Shown: one piece after another, positions 1-15,622 of the stretch
How positions within the stretch are numbered: the stretch's first letter is position 1
Layout of the letters: each line of letters opens with the position of its first letter
Origin: Eledone cirrhosa
Lineage: Eukaryota
DNA: 64,000 nucleotides
Assembly: GCA_964016885.1 (NCBI GenBank)
Contig: OZ024740.1
Span: forward strand, 47,182,001 to 47,246,000
Direction of reading: 5' to 3'
Notes under the pieces: model-generated
Told to the model about the DNA's origin: nothing
The model's database searches: none
What the model saw: only the letters and a program-made list of their open reading frames with translations
Program-made: the position numbers and the translations under genes

Positions 1-31
1 TACTGTGGTTGCCCCCAATTAAACCCGGGAT

Positions 32-63
<32 letters not shown>

Positions 64-112
64 GTATATATATAGAGATTACAATAATCAAAGTTCAGTT
101 TAAATCATTTAT

Positions 113-161
113 TTGCTTACAATTGTTTCTTCCAAACCGAGGTTTGGATTCTTCGGAGCAA
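113..161 (-). ncRNA. Minimal type-I hammerhead ribozyme motif with a core variant (CCGAAGA)
   Basis: Minus strand reads ttgct-CCGAAGA-a tccaaacc tc ggtttgga a-GAAA-caattg-TA-agcaa. Stem I ttgct/agcaa, 8-bp stem II, palindromic stem III ACAATTGT, GUA site. The U4->C change may inactivate it. Confidence 0.7.
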
Positions 162-292
162 CTATTTAGTGATCTATAACATACTTGACCTCCTTTTCAA
201 CACAAGAGACATATAAAAACATATGCATATATTGACCCACAGTAGGATGACATCCATCATAATGATATAGCATGGCAATTTACATATAAAGG

Positions 293-659
293 ATAAAAAT
301 AAAAATAAAAATAAAAATAAAAATGAAAATGAAAATGAAAATAAAAATAAAAATAAAAATAAAAATAAAAATAAAAATAAAAATAAAAATAAAAATAAAA
401 ATAAAAATAAAAATAAAAATAAAAATAAAAATAAAAATAAAAATAAAAATAAAAATAAAAATAAAAATAAAAATAAAAATAAAAATAAAAATAAAAATAA
501 AAATAAAAATAAAAATAAAAATAAAAATAAAAATAAAAATAAAAATAAAAATAAAAATAAAAATAAAAAATAAAAATAAAAATAAAAATAAAAATAAAAA
601 TAAAAATAAAAATAAAAATAAAAATAAAAATAAAAATAAAAATAAAAATAAAAATAAAA
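293..659. repeat. (AAAAAT)n hexanucleotide microsatellite
   Basis: About 60 near-perfect tandem units; source of the KIKI/FYFY pseudo-ORFs. Confidence 0.98.
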
Positions 660-889
660 CATTGGCAGTTTATGAAGATAAAGCAAGAGGAAAGTTTAGA
701 GAAGTCAGTGTATGAAACAATCTCACGCGTAGCATGCATGCGTGTCTTATTTATACAGGATTAGAGTGCGGCAGATTGTTACTTGTAGGATCAGGCAGTT
801 AAAGCAGGCAATCGATAGTATTATGCGGGCTGTCAAGTTTGCAATTTTCAACAGTTGAAAATTGCAAACATGACTGTCATCACTGAATG

Positions 890-928
890 TGAACCTGAAG
901 AATGCGAAAGCATGAAAGTACTTGTTCA
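890..928 (+). ncRNA. Minimal type-I hammerhead ribozyme motif
   Basis: tgaac-CTGAAGA-atgc GAAA gcat-GAAA-gtac-TT-gttca. Intact core, GAAA-tetraloop stem II, palindromic stem III AGTACT, stem I tgaac/gttca. Confidence 0.8.
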
Positions 929-1079
929 ATTAACACTTAACATTTAATATTCTATCATACTATTTCATTATAATATCATTATAATTTTAAAGGATTGTAA
1001 ATAAAACGAGTAAATGAGACAAAGTTGGAATTCCTTTTATTAATATAATCTTCTACATACAATCATACACACCCGTGTG

Positions 1080-1154
<75 letters not shown>

Positions 1155-1590
1155 GTTTTCCGTCGCAGAACGGAAAGAGATCAAAGTTAAATAATTGTTT
1201 CTACTTTAGGCACAAGGCCAGCAATTACCCAGTGCATTACTAATGCCTGCTGCTTATCTCAGGTCAACGCTTAGTAAGTAGACTTGATAACGAATTCATT
1301 CCAGCCATGACTATTCCATCGTATTTTCATTTAACAATCTCACGATTGCATAATCAAGTGCATCATTTTTTTAAGAAGATTTAAGGGAAATGTGGCCGCT
1401 ATTTTTAGTTGATCGAGTGGCCGCGTACTATGTCTCTTCAAACATATACGATAATATGTCACTTCAGACCAGACATCTAATTACCCCAATTGATGAAAGA
1501 TTACTGTTTTATCCTAATTATTTAGATAATTTTATCTACATGAGAAATCACATTGAGGATCCAGTTTTATTATTATTGCTGTGAGCATAC

Positions 1591-1643
<53 letters not shown>

Positions 1644-3190
1644 GAGGAGATCTTTCTTAATCACATACAACCATCTGGTGAAAGGGTCTTTGTAAGCGGC
1701 CACGTTTCTGTTCCATAGAGGAGAACGGAGAAGACCGACGCGTTGTAGATACGGAGCCTTCGTCTTCCGAGAGATAGAACAGTGGCGCCAAAGGGGCTTC
1801 CACAGGGAATGCATGACTACGGCAGCCAGACCACATCTACGGTTATTCTTGGGGATCAGGTCTCCATTGTCGAGCTCAGATAAATGAAGGAGCTTTGAAA
1901 CTCCATGACATCGGGGCCAATATGAAGCGGGGGGGGGGGGGATTTGGGCAATCACCAACATGCATTAACTTGGTCATCGACCAGCTCACCTGAAAGCCAA
2001 CCTTTGCTGACTCATCCTGGTATATGGTCAGTCTTTCCATGAGCTGATCGATCGAGTTGCGAGATAGGGTGATGTCATCCGCGTACTCTAGGCCGGTAAG
2101 GTGGTAGTTCCCGAAGGTAACGCCAGAAACTCGCTCACAGACCTCGATCCTTGGTCATCAGATTGTCGATGACACAGTTAAAGAGGTCGCGGGCAGCTAC
2201 ACCTCCCTGTCTGACTCCGCTGTTGATGGGGAATCAGTGGGTGTCCTTTCTGTTCACCTACACACAACTCTCAGCAGTGCTATAGAGCAACTGGAAGAGG
2301 GTGGTGATATTGGGAGGCGCGCCGATAAATTTAGAATTTTCCAGAGGGATTCATGGTCGACCGTGTCGAAAGCCGCATTAAGGTTGACGAAGGCGATGTA
2401 GAGGCAGCCATTACTGCATACTCCCGAGATCTTTCAATAATGAGACGGAGGGCAGAAATCGGAGGTAAATCGATTTGGCATGAATTCGGCTTGTTGTGAG
2501 TGGCGTCTGCTTCTAATGGCGGGAAGAGCACGTCTGAAAAAGATCTTGGTAAAGAGCTGGCTTGGGATTGAGAGGTGAGTAATACCCCTGCAATTGCTGC
2601 CGACGAATTTGTCGCCCTTCCGTTTCCAGAAAAGGAGGATGGTGCCCTGGGTCCAGTCATTTGTTAGCCTCTCTGTCACCCATACATGGTTGATGATGTG
2701 GGTGAGCCACTGGCTCATGTTTTCTCCGCCCGCCTTCAACATCTCCGCGGTGATAATAGCAGATTTCAGGGGTGTTGCAGATATTGAGTATATTCAGAGC
2801 GGCTCTGACTTCATCGGGTGTGACAAGATCGAGTCTGCAAGTATCGTTGGATGCAGCTGTGTCTGCGGTGATGGTAGGCAGGGATTGATTGGAACTGCTG
2901 GGTGATGTAGAAGAAGGCTGAAGTGTTCCTTCTAGCGTTTGAGGCAAGTGGTTTCTGTGGTGATGACGTTGACATTGGTATCCTTCACCAGGGCTGTATT
3001 GATCCGGGTACCGGCACGGGCACTGCAAAGTGTGTTGAACACCTGGTTGAGGTCGTTGTTCCTTGTCGCAGCCTCAAGGTGCTCGGCGTCCTCCACCCAA
3101 AACTTCTCCCGGTCATCCGTGATGGTCTTGTTGCGTATCCGGTTGAGCCGGCGGTATTCATGTGGCCGTGCAGGCGAGCCTTGTGGCGAT
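1591..3190 (-). mobile_element. Decayed 5'-truncated RTE-clade LINE (RT domain) with (AAC)n 3' tail
   Basis: Frameshifted minus-strand peptides WLTHIINHVW...NCRGITHLSIPS, GVRQGGVA (~2200) and GLEYADDI (~2080); (TTG)n at 1591-1643. Confidence 0.85.
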
Positions 3191-4002
3191 AGTTGATTAT
3201 CTCCAGTGTATGCAGTGAAATCCAGGCTGATTGACGCTTGATTTAAAAGAATAAATAGAGCATATCGGAAATATGTCAAATGACAATGATTAAACGAAAG
3301 AAAAGAAATTGTATTATCTAGAAAGATCAAAGGGCAATGGCGTAGCAAAGATTCTCAGCGCACGGGGGCAACTATATAAACTCCTTCTATAATTAAAGGT
3401 CAGAGACGATTTTGTGCTCTTTCACACCTGCGTTCAGAGCAATTGCTTCTCCCCATCGCCTCCACATTATTACGTTTCTGTTAAAGTGTATTTTAGTGTA
3501 AACCAGTTATCCGGCTCAGATTTGTTCAAAGATGTATTGCAAACAATCAAAAAGAATCTAATGCAACATAGTTTGATTTATACTAGTAAGTGATTAAATA
3601 CACAATGTTATCTCATAAAATGTGAAGCTATTGACCGAAATATTTTCTGTACATTGACACCCACGTAATGACTATTTAAAATAAACTGCAGACAAGGGAA
3701 ATAGTTATGTGGATAAGGAATGTGACATGTTTCCAGGAGTAACGGCATGAAATATACCTAGCTTCACCTCATACTAACCGGAACAAATATAATTTCATGT
3801 AAATAACAACTTAAAATGCAATTAGTGGTAATTTTGAGGCATAAAGAAAAGAAAAGCATTCTAAGAAATGCATTATATATTGGAGTATTTAAAAAAGCCC
3901 CACTTCATCTGTACACAACTAGTGAGTCCTTATCCTCTGATCTTTTCTTCTAACTGAGGAATAAAATATACACGGAAATGCACATGCACGTACACGCTAC
4001 CT

Positions 4003-5930
<1,928 letters not shown>

Positions 5931-5939
5931 GAAATAAAT

Positions 5940-7045
5940 AACTAAAAATAAAAAAGGTGGGTATGTGAAGGGTAAGGTAGAAAGTAGGGGGGAAAAATAA
6001 AAATAAATGACATAGGAAAAGGTTTAAATATAAGGGGAGATAAGGGAGAAAAAGAATATAAGAGTACAGAAAGTGAATTCAGAAGGTAAAAAAAATCGTA
6101 GTGGATGTAAAGCGTAGAGAGCAGAGAAGAAGTTCAAGGTGGTTGAGTTATCGTAGGAATGTCAATCCAGTTACAGATCAGATGTGATTTCAGGTGAGGA
6201 CAACATCTGAAGATCTTGGTCTTGGAGTTCAGGCAAGTTGAAATGGCTTTCAAGTTTTGTAAAATCCTAAATTTTTCAGTGGTACACATAGAACATTTCT
6301 TTGTGCCCCTTTGGTACTCCCTCGAATGGTCTAAAATAGATCAATCGATAGAGTACGGGGTGTTTTTATCCTTGAATTCCCACACCTTATTTGCGAGAGC
6401 CGTTGCTGTTCTTTTACCGGAGTGTTTAAAAGAAGCGACATGTGCATAAAACCTGGTTTTAAACCTGTCCTGGGTCATGCCAACATATCGTTCACTCCTG
6501 GCTGGCTGGTTGTTAATTAAAGGTGTCACTTTGGTCTCATATACAACGGATTTGGTGTTACATTTGCCCTGTAATGGGCATTCATCCAGCTTCCTGCAAC
6601 TGCATCCTGGATTTATTCTCGTACGATTGGAACTAGTGATTTTAGACTTCATTGATGGACAGCAAGAGTAACTGATTTTAACTACATTTCTATTAAATAT
6701 CTTATAATATCTATGATTAGGAGGAAAATGTTTATCTAAGAGGTCAAGGAATTTCCTTCCTACATTAGTTTTGACAGTTAGAGAGAAGTGGGTGTAAACC
6801 AAATAATTTTCCTTTTCCTATTATTGTGGTTAGTTTTAGGGGGGGGGGGGGTAGGTAAATAATTAATTTGTTCTGTAAATCCGCTGTTATTAGGGGTTTT
6901 ATTAAAAATGACTAGAGACGAAGATACGGCTAATGTTGGGAATAAGATTTTTAAAAACAATAGGGGGATAGCAAGACGCTTTGTGTATATATCTAAGATT
7001 TTCGTTAGGTTTATGATAAGGTTTAAAAGAGGCAGTAAGTAGATC
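5940..7045 (-). mobile_element. Penelope-like retroelement remnant (RT-EN linker plus GIY-YIG endonuclease), frameshifted
   Basis: ORFs 6778-7050 (RKRKIIWF) and 6341-6802 (FLDLLDKHFP...KIFNRNVVKISYSC, CSCRKLDECPLQGKC, VVYE...YVGMT...FKTRFYAH) match the Penelope Zn-knuckle plus GIY-YIG layout. The 5' side abuts the 41-bp array. Confidence 0.9.
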
Positions 7046-7049
7046 AAGA

Positions 7050-10000
7050 GCCTGACGTCATCACTCCTTCCTTTCTCAGTCATCTCTAGTGCCTGACGTC
7101 ATCACCTCTTCCTTTCTCAGTTATCTCTAGTGCCTGACATCATCACTCCTTCCTTTCCCTGTCATCTCTAGTGCCTGACGTCATCACCTGTTTCGTTCTC
7201 AGTCATCTCTAGTGCCTTACGTCATCGCTTCTTCCTTTCGCAGTCATCTCTAGTGCCTGACGTCATCACACCTTCCTTTCTCAGTCATCTCTAGTGCCTG
7301 ACGTAGTCACACCTTCTTTTCTCAGTCATCTCTAGTGCCTGACATCATCATTCCTTCCTTTCTCAGTCATCTCTAGTGCCTGTCGTCATCACCTCTTCCG
7401 TTCTCAGTCATCTCTAGTGCCCGACGTCATCACTCATTCCTTCCTCAATCATCTCTACTGCCTGACGTCATCACTCCTTCCTTTCTCAGTCATCTCTAGT
7501 GCCTGACGTCATCACTCCTTCCTTTCTCAGTCATCTCTACTGCCTGACGTCATCACTCCTTCCTTCCGCAATCATCTCTAGTGCCTGCCGTCATCACTCC
7601 TTCCTTTCTCAGTCATCTCTAGTGCCTGACATCATCACTCCTTCCTTTCTCAGTCATCTCTAGTGCCTGACGTCATCACCTCTTCCTTTCTCAGTCATCT
7701 CTAGTGTGTGACGTCATCACCCCTTCCTTTCTAAGTCATATCTAGTGCCTGACGTCATCACTCCTACCTTCCTCAATCATCTCTAATGCCTCACGTCATC
7801 ACTTCCTCATTCCTTAGTCATCTCTAGTGGCTGACGTCATCACCCCTTCCTTTCTCAGTCATCTCTAGTATGTGACGTCATCACCCCTTCCTTTCTCAGT
7901 CATCTCTAGTGCCTGACGTCATCACTCCTTTCTTCCTCAATCATCTCTAGTGGCTGACGTCATCACACCTTCCTTTCTCAGTAATCTCTAGTGCCTGACG
8001 TCATCACTCCTGCCTTCCTCAATCATCTCTAGTGCCTGACTTCATCACCTCTTCCTTTCTCAATTATCTCTAGTGCCTGACATCATCACTCCTTCCTTCC
8101 TCAATCATCTCTAGTGCCTGCCGTCATCACTCCTTCCTTTCTCAGTCATCTCTAGTGCCTGACATCATCACCTCTTCTTTTCTCAGTCATCTCTAGTGTG
8201 TGACGTCATCACCCCTTCCTTTCTCAGTCATCTCTAGTGCCTGACATCATCACTCCTTCCTTTCCCTGTCATCTCTAGTGCCTGACGTCATCACCTCTTC
8301 CGTTCTCAATCATCTCTAGCGCCTTACGTCATCGCTCCTTCCTTTCGCAGTCATCTCTAGTGCCTGACGTCATCACACCTTCCATTCTCAGTCATCTCTA
8401 GTGCCTGACGTCATCACACCTTCTTTTCTCAGTCATCTCTAGTGCCTGACATCATCATTCCTTCCTTTCTCAGTATTCTATAGTGCCTGCCGTCATCACA
8501 GCTTCCGTTCTCAGTCATCTCTAGTGCCTGACGTCATCACTCATTCCTTCCTCAATCATCTCTAGTGCCTGACGTAATCACTCCTTCCTTTCTCAGTCAT
8601 CTCTAGTGCCCGACGTCATTACACCTTCCTTCCTTAATCATCTCTAGTGCCTGGGGTCATCACTCCTTCCTTCCTCAATCATCTCTAGTGCCTGACGTCA
8701 TCACACCTTCCTTCCTCAATCATCTCCAGTGCATGACGTCATCACTCCTTCCTTTCTCAGTCATCTCTACTGCCTGACGTCATCACTCCTTCCTTTCTCA
8801 GTCATCTCTACTGCCTGACGTCATCACTCCTTCTTTTCTCAGTCATCTCTAATGCCTGACGTCATCATCCCTTCCTTCCTCAATCATCTCTAGTGCCTGA
8901 CGTCATCACCCCTTCCTTTCTAAGTCATCTCTAGTGCCTGACGCCATCACTCCTTCCTTCCTCAATCATCTCTAGTGCCTCACGTCATCACTTCCTCATT
9001 CCTTAGTCATCTCTAGTGGCTGACGTCATCACCCCTTCCTTTCTCACTCATCTCTAGTATGTGACGTCATCACCCCTTCCTTTCTCAGTCATCTCTAGTG
9101 CCTGACGTCATCACTCCTTTCTTCCTCAATCATCTCTAGTGCCTGACGTCATCACACCTTCGTTTCTCAGTAATCTCTAGTGCCTGACGTCATCACTCCT
9201 GCCTTCCTCAATCATCTCTAGTGCCTGACGTCATCACTCCTTCCTTCCTCAATCATCTCTAGTGCCTAACGTCATCACTCCTTCCTTTCTCAGTCATCTC
9301 TAGTGCCTGACGTCATCACTCTTTCCTTTCTCAGTCATCTCTAGTGCCTGACGTCATCACCCCTTCCTTCCTCAAGCATCTCTAGTGCCTGATGTCATCA
9401 CTCCTTCCTTTCTCAGTCATCTCTAGTACCTGACGTTATCACCCCTTCCTTGCTCAATCATCTCTAGTGCCTGACGTCATCACTCCTTCCTTTCTCAGTC
9501 ATCTCTAGTGCCTGACGTCATCACTTCTTCCTTCCTCAATCATCTCTAGTGCCTGACGTCATCACCCCTTCCTTTCTCAGTCATCGCTAGTGTGTGACGT
9601 CATCACCCCTTCCTTTCTCAGTCATCTCTAGTGCCTGACGTCATCACTCCTTCCTTCCTCAATCATCTCTAGTGCCTTACGTCATCACTTCTTCATTCCT
9701 TAGTCATCTCTAGTGGCTGATGTCATCAACCCTTCCTTCCTCAATCATCTCTAGTGCCTGACGTCATCACCTCTTCCTTCCTCAATCATCTCTAGTATCT
9801 GACGTCATCACTCCTTCCTTTCTCAGTCATCTCTAGTGCCTGACGTCATCATTCCTGCCTTTCTCAATCATCTCTAGTGCCTGCCGTCATCGCTCCTTCC
9901 TTCCTCAATCATCTCTAGTGCCTGAGGTCATCACTCCTTCCTTTCTCAGTAATCTCTAGTGCCTGACGTCATCACTCCTTTCTTTCTCAGTAATCTCTAG

Positions 10001-13000
10001 TGCCTGACGTCATCACTCCTGCCTTTCTCAGTCATCTCTAGTGCCTGACGTCATCGCTGCTTCCTTCCTCAATCATCTCTAGTGCCTGACCTCATCACCT
10101 CTTCCGTTCTCAGTCATCTCTAGTGCCTGACGTCATCACTCCTTCCTTTCTCAGTCATCTCTAGTGCCATACGTCATCACTTCTTCGTTTCTCAGTCATC
10201 TCTAGTGCCTGACGTCATCACTCCATCCTTCCTCAATCATCTCTAGTGCCTGACGTCATCACACCTTCTTTTCTCAGTTATCTCTAGTGCCTGACGTCAT
10301 CACACGTTCCTTTCTCAGTTATCTCTAGTGCCTGACGTCATCACACCTTCCTTTCTCAGTCATCTCTAGTGCCTGACGTCTTCACCCTTCCTTTCTCAGT
10401 CATCTCTAGTGCCAGACGTCATCACACCTTCCTTCCTCAATCATCTCTAGTGTACGACGTCATCACTCCTTCCTTTCTCAGTCATCTCTACTGCCTGACG
10501 TCATCACTCCTTCCTTCCCCAATCATCTCTAATGCCTGACGTCATCACTCCTTCCTTCCGCAATCATCTCTAGTGCATGACGTCATCACTCCTTCCTTAC
10601 TCAATCATCTCTAGTGCCTGACGTCATCACCTATTCCTTTTTCAGTTATCTCTAGTGCCTGACGTCATCACTCCTTCCTTTTTCAGTCATCTCTAATGCC
10701 TGACGTCATCATCCCTTCCTTCCTCACTCATCTCTAGTGCCTGACGTCATCACCCCTTCCTTTCTAAGTCATCTCTAGTATGTGACGTGATCACCCCTTC
10801 CTTTCTCAGTCATCTCTAGTGCCTGACGTCATCACTCCATCCTTCCTCAATCATCTCTAGTGCCTCACGTCATCACCCCTTCCTTACTCAGCCATCTCTA
10901 GTGCCTGAAGTCATCACTCCTTCCTTCCTCAGTCATCTCTAGTGTACGACGTCATCACTCCTTCCTTTCTGAGTCATCTCTAGTGCCTGACATCATCACT
11001 CCTTCCTTCCTCAATCATCTCTAATGCCTGACGTCATCACTCCTTCCTTCCGCAATCATCTCTAGTGCCTGACGTCATCACTCCTTCCATTCTCGGTCAT
11101 CTCTAGTGCCTGCGTCATCACTCCCTCCTTTCTCAGTCATCTCTAATGCCTGACGTCATCATCCCTTCCTTACTCAATCATCTCTATTGCCTGACGTCAT
11201 CACCCCTTCCTTTCTCAGTCATCTCTAGTATGTGACGTCATCACCCCTTCCTTTCTCAGTCATCTCTAGTGCCTGACGTCATCACTCCTTCCTTTCTCGG
11301 TCATCTCTAGTGCCTGACGTCATCACTCCTTCCTTCCTCAATCATCTCTAGTGCCTGACGTCATCACTCCTTCTTTTCTCAAGCATCTCTAGTGCCTGAC
11401 GTCATCACTCCTTCCTTCCGCAATCATCTCTAGTGCCTGGCGTCATGACTCCTTCCTTTCTCAGTCATCTCTAGTGCCTGACGTCATCACTCCTTCCTTT
11501 CTCAGTCATCTCTTGTGCCTGACGTCATCACTCCTTCCTTCCTCAATCCTCTCTAGTGCCTCACGTCATCACTTCCTCATTCCTTAGTCATCTCTAGTGG
11601 CTGACGTCATCACCCCTTCCTTTCTCAGTAATCTCTAGTGCCTGACGTCATCACTCCTTTCTTCCTCAATCATCTCTAGTGCCTGACGTCATTACACCTT
11701 CCTTTCTCAGTAATCTCTAGTGCCTGACGTCATCACTCCTGCCTTCCTCAATCATCCCTAGTGGCTGACGTCATCACTCCTTCCTTCCTCAATCATCTCT
11801 AGTGCCTAACGTCATCACTCCTTCCTTTCTCAGTCATCTCTAGTGCCTGACGTCATCACTCCTTCCTTTCTCAGTCATCTCTAGTGCCTGACGTCATCAC
11901 CCCTTCCTTCCTCAAGCATCTCTAGTGCCTGACGTCATCACCCCTTCCTTCCTCAATCATCTCTAGTGCCTGACGTCATCACTCCTTCCTTTCTCAGTCA
12001 TCTCTAGTGCCTGACGTCATCACCCCTTCCTTCCTCAAGCATCTCTAGTGCCTGATGTCATCACTCCTTCCTTTCTCAGTCATCTCTAGTACCTGACGTC
12101 ATCACCCCTTCCTTGCTCAATCATCTCTAGTGCCTGACGTCATCACTCCTTCCTTTCTCAGTCATCTCTAGTGCCTGACGTCATCACTTCTTCCTTGCTC
12201 AATCATCTCTAGTGCCTGACGTCATCACCCCTTCCTTTCTCAGTCATCGCTAGTGTGTGACGTCATCACCCCTTCCTTTCTCAGTCATATCTAGTGCCTG
12301 ACGTCATCACTCCTTCCTTCCTCAATCATCTCTAGTGCCTTACGTCATCACTTCTTCATTCCTTAGTCATCTCTAATGGCTGACGTCATCAACCCTTCCC
12401 TTTTCAATCATCTCTAGTGCCTGACGTCATCACCTCTTCCTTCCTCAGTCATCTCTAGTGTCTCACGTCATCACTCCTTCCTTTCTCAGTCATCTCTAGT
12501 GCCTGACGTCATCACTCCTGCCTTTCTCAATCATCTCTAGTGCCTGCCGTCATCGCTCCTTCCTTCCTCAATCATCTCTAGTGCCTGACGTCATCACTCC
12601 TTCCTTTCTCAGTAATCTCTAGTTTCCTGACGTCATCACTCCCTTCCTTTCTCAGTAATCTCTAGTGTCTGACGTCATCACTCCTGCCTTTCTCAGTCAT
12701 CTCTAGTGCCTGACGTCATCGCTGCTTCCTTCCTCAATCATCTCTAGTGCCTGACCTCATCACCTCTTCCGTTCTCAGTCATCTCTATTACCTGACGTCA
12801 TCACTCCTTCCTTTCTCAGTCATCTCTAGTGCCATACGTCATCACTTCTTCCTTTCTCAGTCATCTCTAGTGCCTGACGTCATCACACCTTCTTTTCTCA
12901 GTAATCTCTAGTGCCTGACGTCATCACTCCTGCCTTCCTCAATCATCCCTAGTGGCTGACGTCATCACTCCTTCCTTCCTCAATCATCTCTAGTGCCTAA

Positions 13001-15585
13001 CGTCATCACTCCTTCCTTTCTCAGTCATCTCTAGTGCCTGACGTCATCACTCCTTCCTTTCTCAGTCATCTCTAGTGCCTGACGTCATCACCCCTTCCTT
13101 CCTCAAGCATCTCTAGTGCCTGACGTCATCACCCCTTCCTTCCTCAATCATCTCTAGTGCCTGACGTCATCACTCCTTCCTTTCTCAGTCATCTCTAGTG
13201 ACTGACGTCATCACCCCTTCCTTCCTCAAGCATCTCTAGTGCCTGATGTCATCACTCCTTCCTTTCTCAGTCATCTCTAGTACCTGACGTCATCACCCCT
13301 TCCTTGCTCAATCATCTCTAGTGCCTGACGTCATCACTCCTTCCTTTCTCAGTCATCTCTAGTGCCTGACGTCATCACTTCTTCCTTCCTCAATCATCTC
13401 TAGTGCCTGACGTCATCACCCCTTCCTTTCTCAGTCATCGCTAGTGTGTGACGTCATCACCCCTTCCTTTCTCAGTCATCTCTAGTGCCTGACGTCATCA
13501 CTCCTTCCTTCCTCAATCATCTCTAGTGCCTTACGTCATCACTCCTTCATTCCTTAGTCATCTCTAATGGCTGACGTCATCAACCCTTCCCTTTTCAATC
13601 ATCTCTAGTGCCTGACGTCATCACCTCTTCCTTCCTCAGTCATCTCTAGTGTCTCACGTCATCACTCCTTCCTTTCTCAGTCATCTCTAGTGCCTGACGT
13701 CATCACTCCTGCCTTTCTCAATCATCTCTAGTGCCTGCCGTCATCGCTCCTTCCTTCCTCAATCATCTCTAGTGCCTGACGTCATCACTCCTTCCTTTCT
13801 CAGTAATCTCTAGTTTCCTGACGTCATCACTTCTTCCTTTCTCAGTCATCTCTAGTGCCTGACGTCATCACACCTTCTTTTCTCAGTTATCTCTAGTGCC
13901 TGACGTCATCACACCTTCCTTTTTCAGTCATCTCTAGTATGTGACGTCATCAGCCCTTCCTTTCTCAATCATCTCTAGTGCCTGACCTCATCACTCCTGC
14001 CTTCCTCAATCATCTCTAGTGCCTGACGTCATCACTCCTTCCTTTCTCAGTCATCTCTAGTATGTGACGTCATCAGCCCTTCCTTTCTCAATCATCTCTA
14101 GTGCCTGACGTCATCACTCCTGCCTTCCTCAATAATCTCTAGTGCCTGACGTCATCACTCCTTCCTTCCTCAATCATGTCTAGTGCCTGACGTCATCACT
14201 CCTTCCTTTCTCAGTCATCTTTAGTGCCTGACGTCATCACTCCTTCCTTTCTCAGTCATCTCTAGTGCCTGACGTCATCACCCCTTCCTTTCTCAGTCAT
14301 CTCTAGTGCCTGACGTCATCACCCCTTCCTTTCTCAGTCATCTCTAGTATGTGACGTCATCACCCCTTCCTTTCTCAGTCATCTCTAGTGCCTGACGTCA
14401 TCACTCCTTCCTTCCTCAATGATCTCTAGTGATTGACGTCCTCACCCCTTCCTTACTCAATCATCTCTAGTGTGTGACGTCATCACCCTTTCCTTTCTCA
14501 GTCATCTCTAGTGCCTGACGTCATCACTCCTTCCTTTCTCAGTCATCTCTAGTGCCTGACGTCATCACACCTTCCTTTCTCAGTCATCTCTAGTGCCTGA
14601 CGTCATCACACCCTCCTTTCTCAGTCATCTCTAGTGCCTGTCGTAATCACCCCTTCCTTTTTCAGTCATCTTTAGTGCCTGACGTCATCACCCCTTCCTT
14701 TTTCAGTCATCTCTAGTTCCTGACGTCATCACTCCTTCCTTCCTCAGTCATCTCTATTATGTTACGTCATCACCCCTTACTTTTTCAGTCATCTCTAGTG
14801 CCTGACGTCATCACTCCATCCTTCCTCAATCATCTCTAGTGCCTCACGTCATCAACCCTTCCTTACTCAGTCATCTCTAGTGCCTCACGTCATCAACCCT
14901 TCCTTCCTCTGTCATCTCTAGTGCCTCACGTCATCAACCCTTCCTTACTCAGTCATCTCTAGTGCCTCACGTCATCAACCCTGCCTTCCTCTGTCATCTC
15001 TAGTGCCTCACGTCATCAACCCTTCCTTTCTCAGTCATCTCTTGTGCCTCACGTCATCAACCCTTCCTTACTCAGTCATCTCTAGTGCCTCACGTCATCA
15101 ACCCTTCCTTCCTCTGTCATCTCTAGTGCCTCACGTCATCAACCCTTCCTTTCTCAGTCATCTCTAGTGCCTGACCTCATCACTCCTTCCTTTCTCGGTC
15201 ATCTCTAGTGCCTGACGTCATCACTCCTTCCTTTCTCAGTCATCTCTAATGCCTGACGTCATCATCCCTTCCTTTCTCAATCATCTCTAGTGCCTGACGT
15301 CATCACCCCTTCCTTTCTCAGTCATCTCTAGTATGTGACGTCATCACCCCTTCCTTTCTCAGTCATCACTAGTGCCTGACGTCATCACTCCTGCCTTCCT
15401 CAATCATCACTAGTGCCTGACGTCATCACTCCTTCCTTCCTCAATCATCTCTAGTGCCTGACGTCATCACTCCTTCCTTTCTCAGTCATCTCTAGTGCCT
15501 GATGTCATCACTCCTTCCTTTCTCAGTCATCTCTAGTGCCTGATGTCATCACCCTTCCTTCCTCAGTCATCTATAGTGTGTGACG
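7050..15585. repeat. Tandem satellite array, 41-bp unit, about 208 copies
   Basis: Consensus GCCTGACGTCATCACTCCTTCCTTTCTCAGTCATCTCTAGT, repeated contiguously with point variants and no unique spacers. Confidence 0.98.
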
Positions 15586-15622
15586 GGAGGACGGACGGCA
15601 GTCGCTCAAATTTATATACAGA
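15586..15622 (-). mobile_element. Helitron-type 5' terminus capping the satellite array
   Basis: Minus strand A|TCTGTATATAAATTTGAGCGACTG-CCGTCCGTCC runs directly into the array and resembles the Helitron 5' end at 34483 (A|TCTACTATATAAAT). No 3' CTAG end was found. Confidence 0.55.

Noticed and set aside
174-739. Long KIKI/FYFY/FLFL ORFs
   Set aside because: Translation of the (AAAAAT)n microsatellite.
7050-15585. CRISPR-like array
   Set aside because: Units are contiguous with no unique spacers, no cas genes are present, and the context is eukaryotic.
7050-15585. Box C/D (GTGATGA...CTGA) or hammerhead-like (TGATGA...GAAA) motif in the minus-strand satellite unit
   Set aside because: Flanks are purine-only, so no terminal stem, stem I or stem III can form; C3 is missing; the CTGA is often TTGA.
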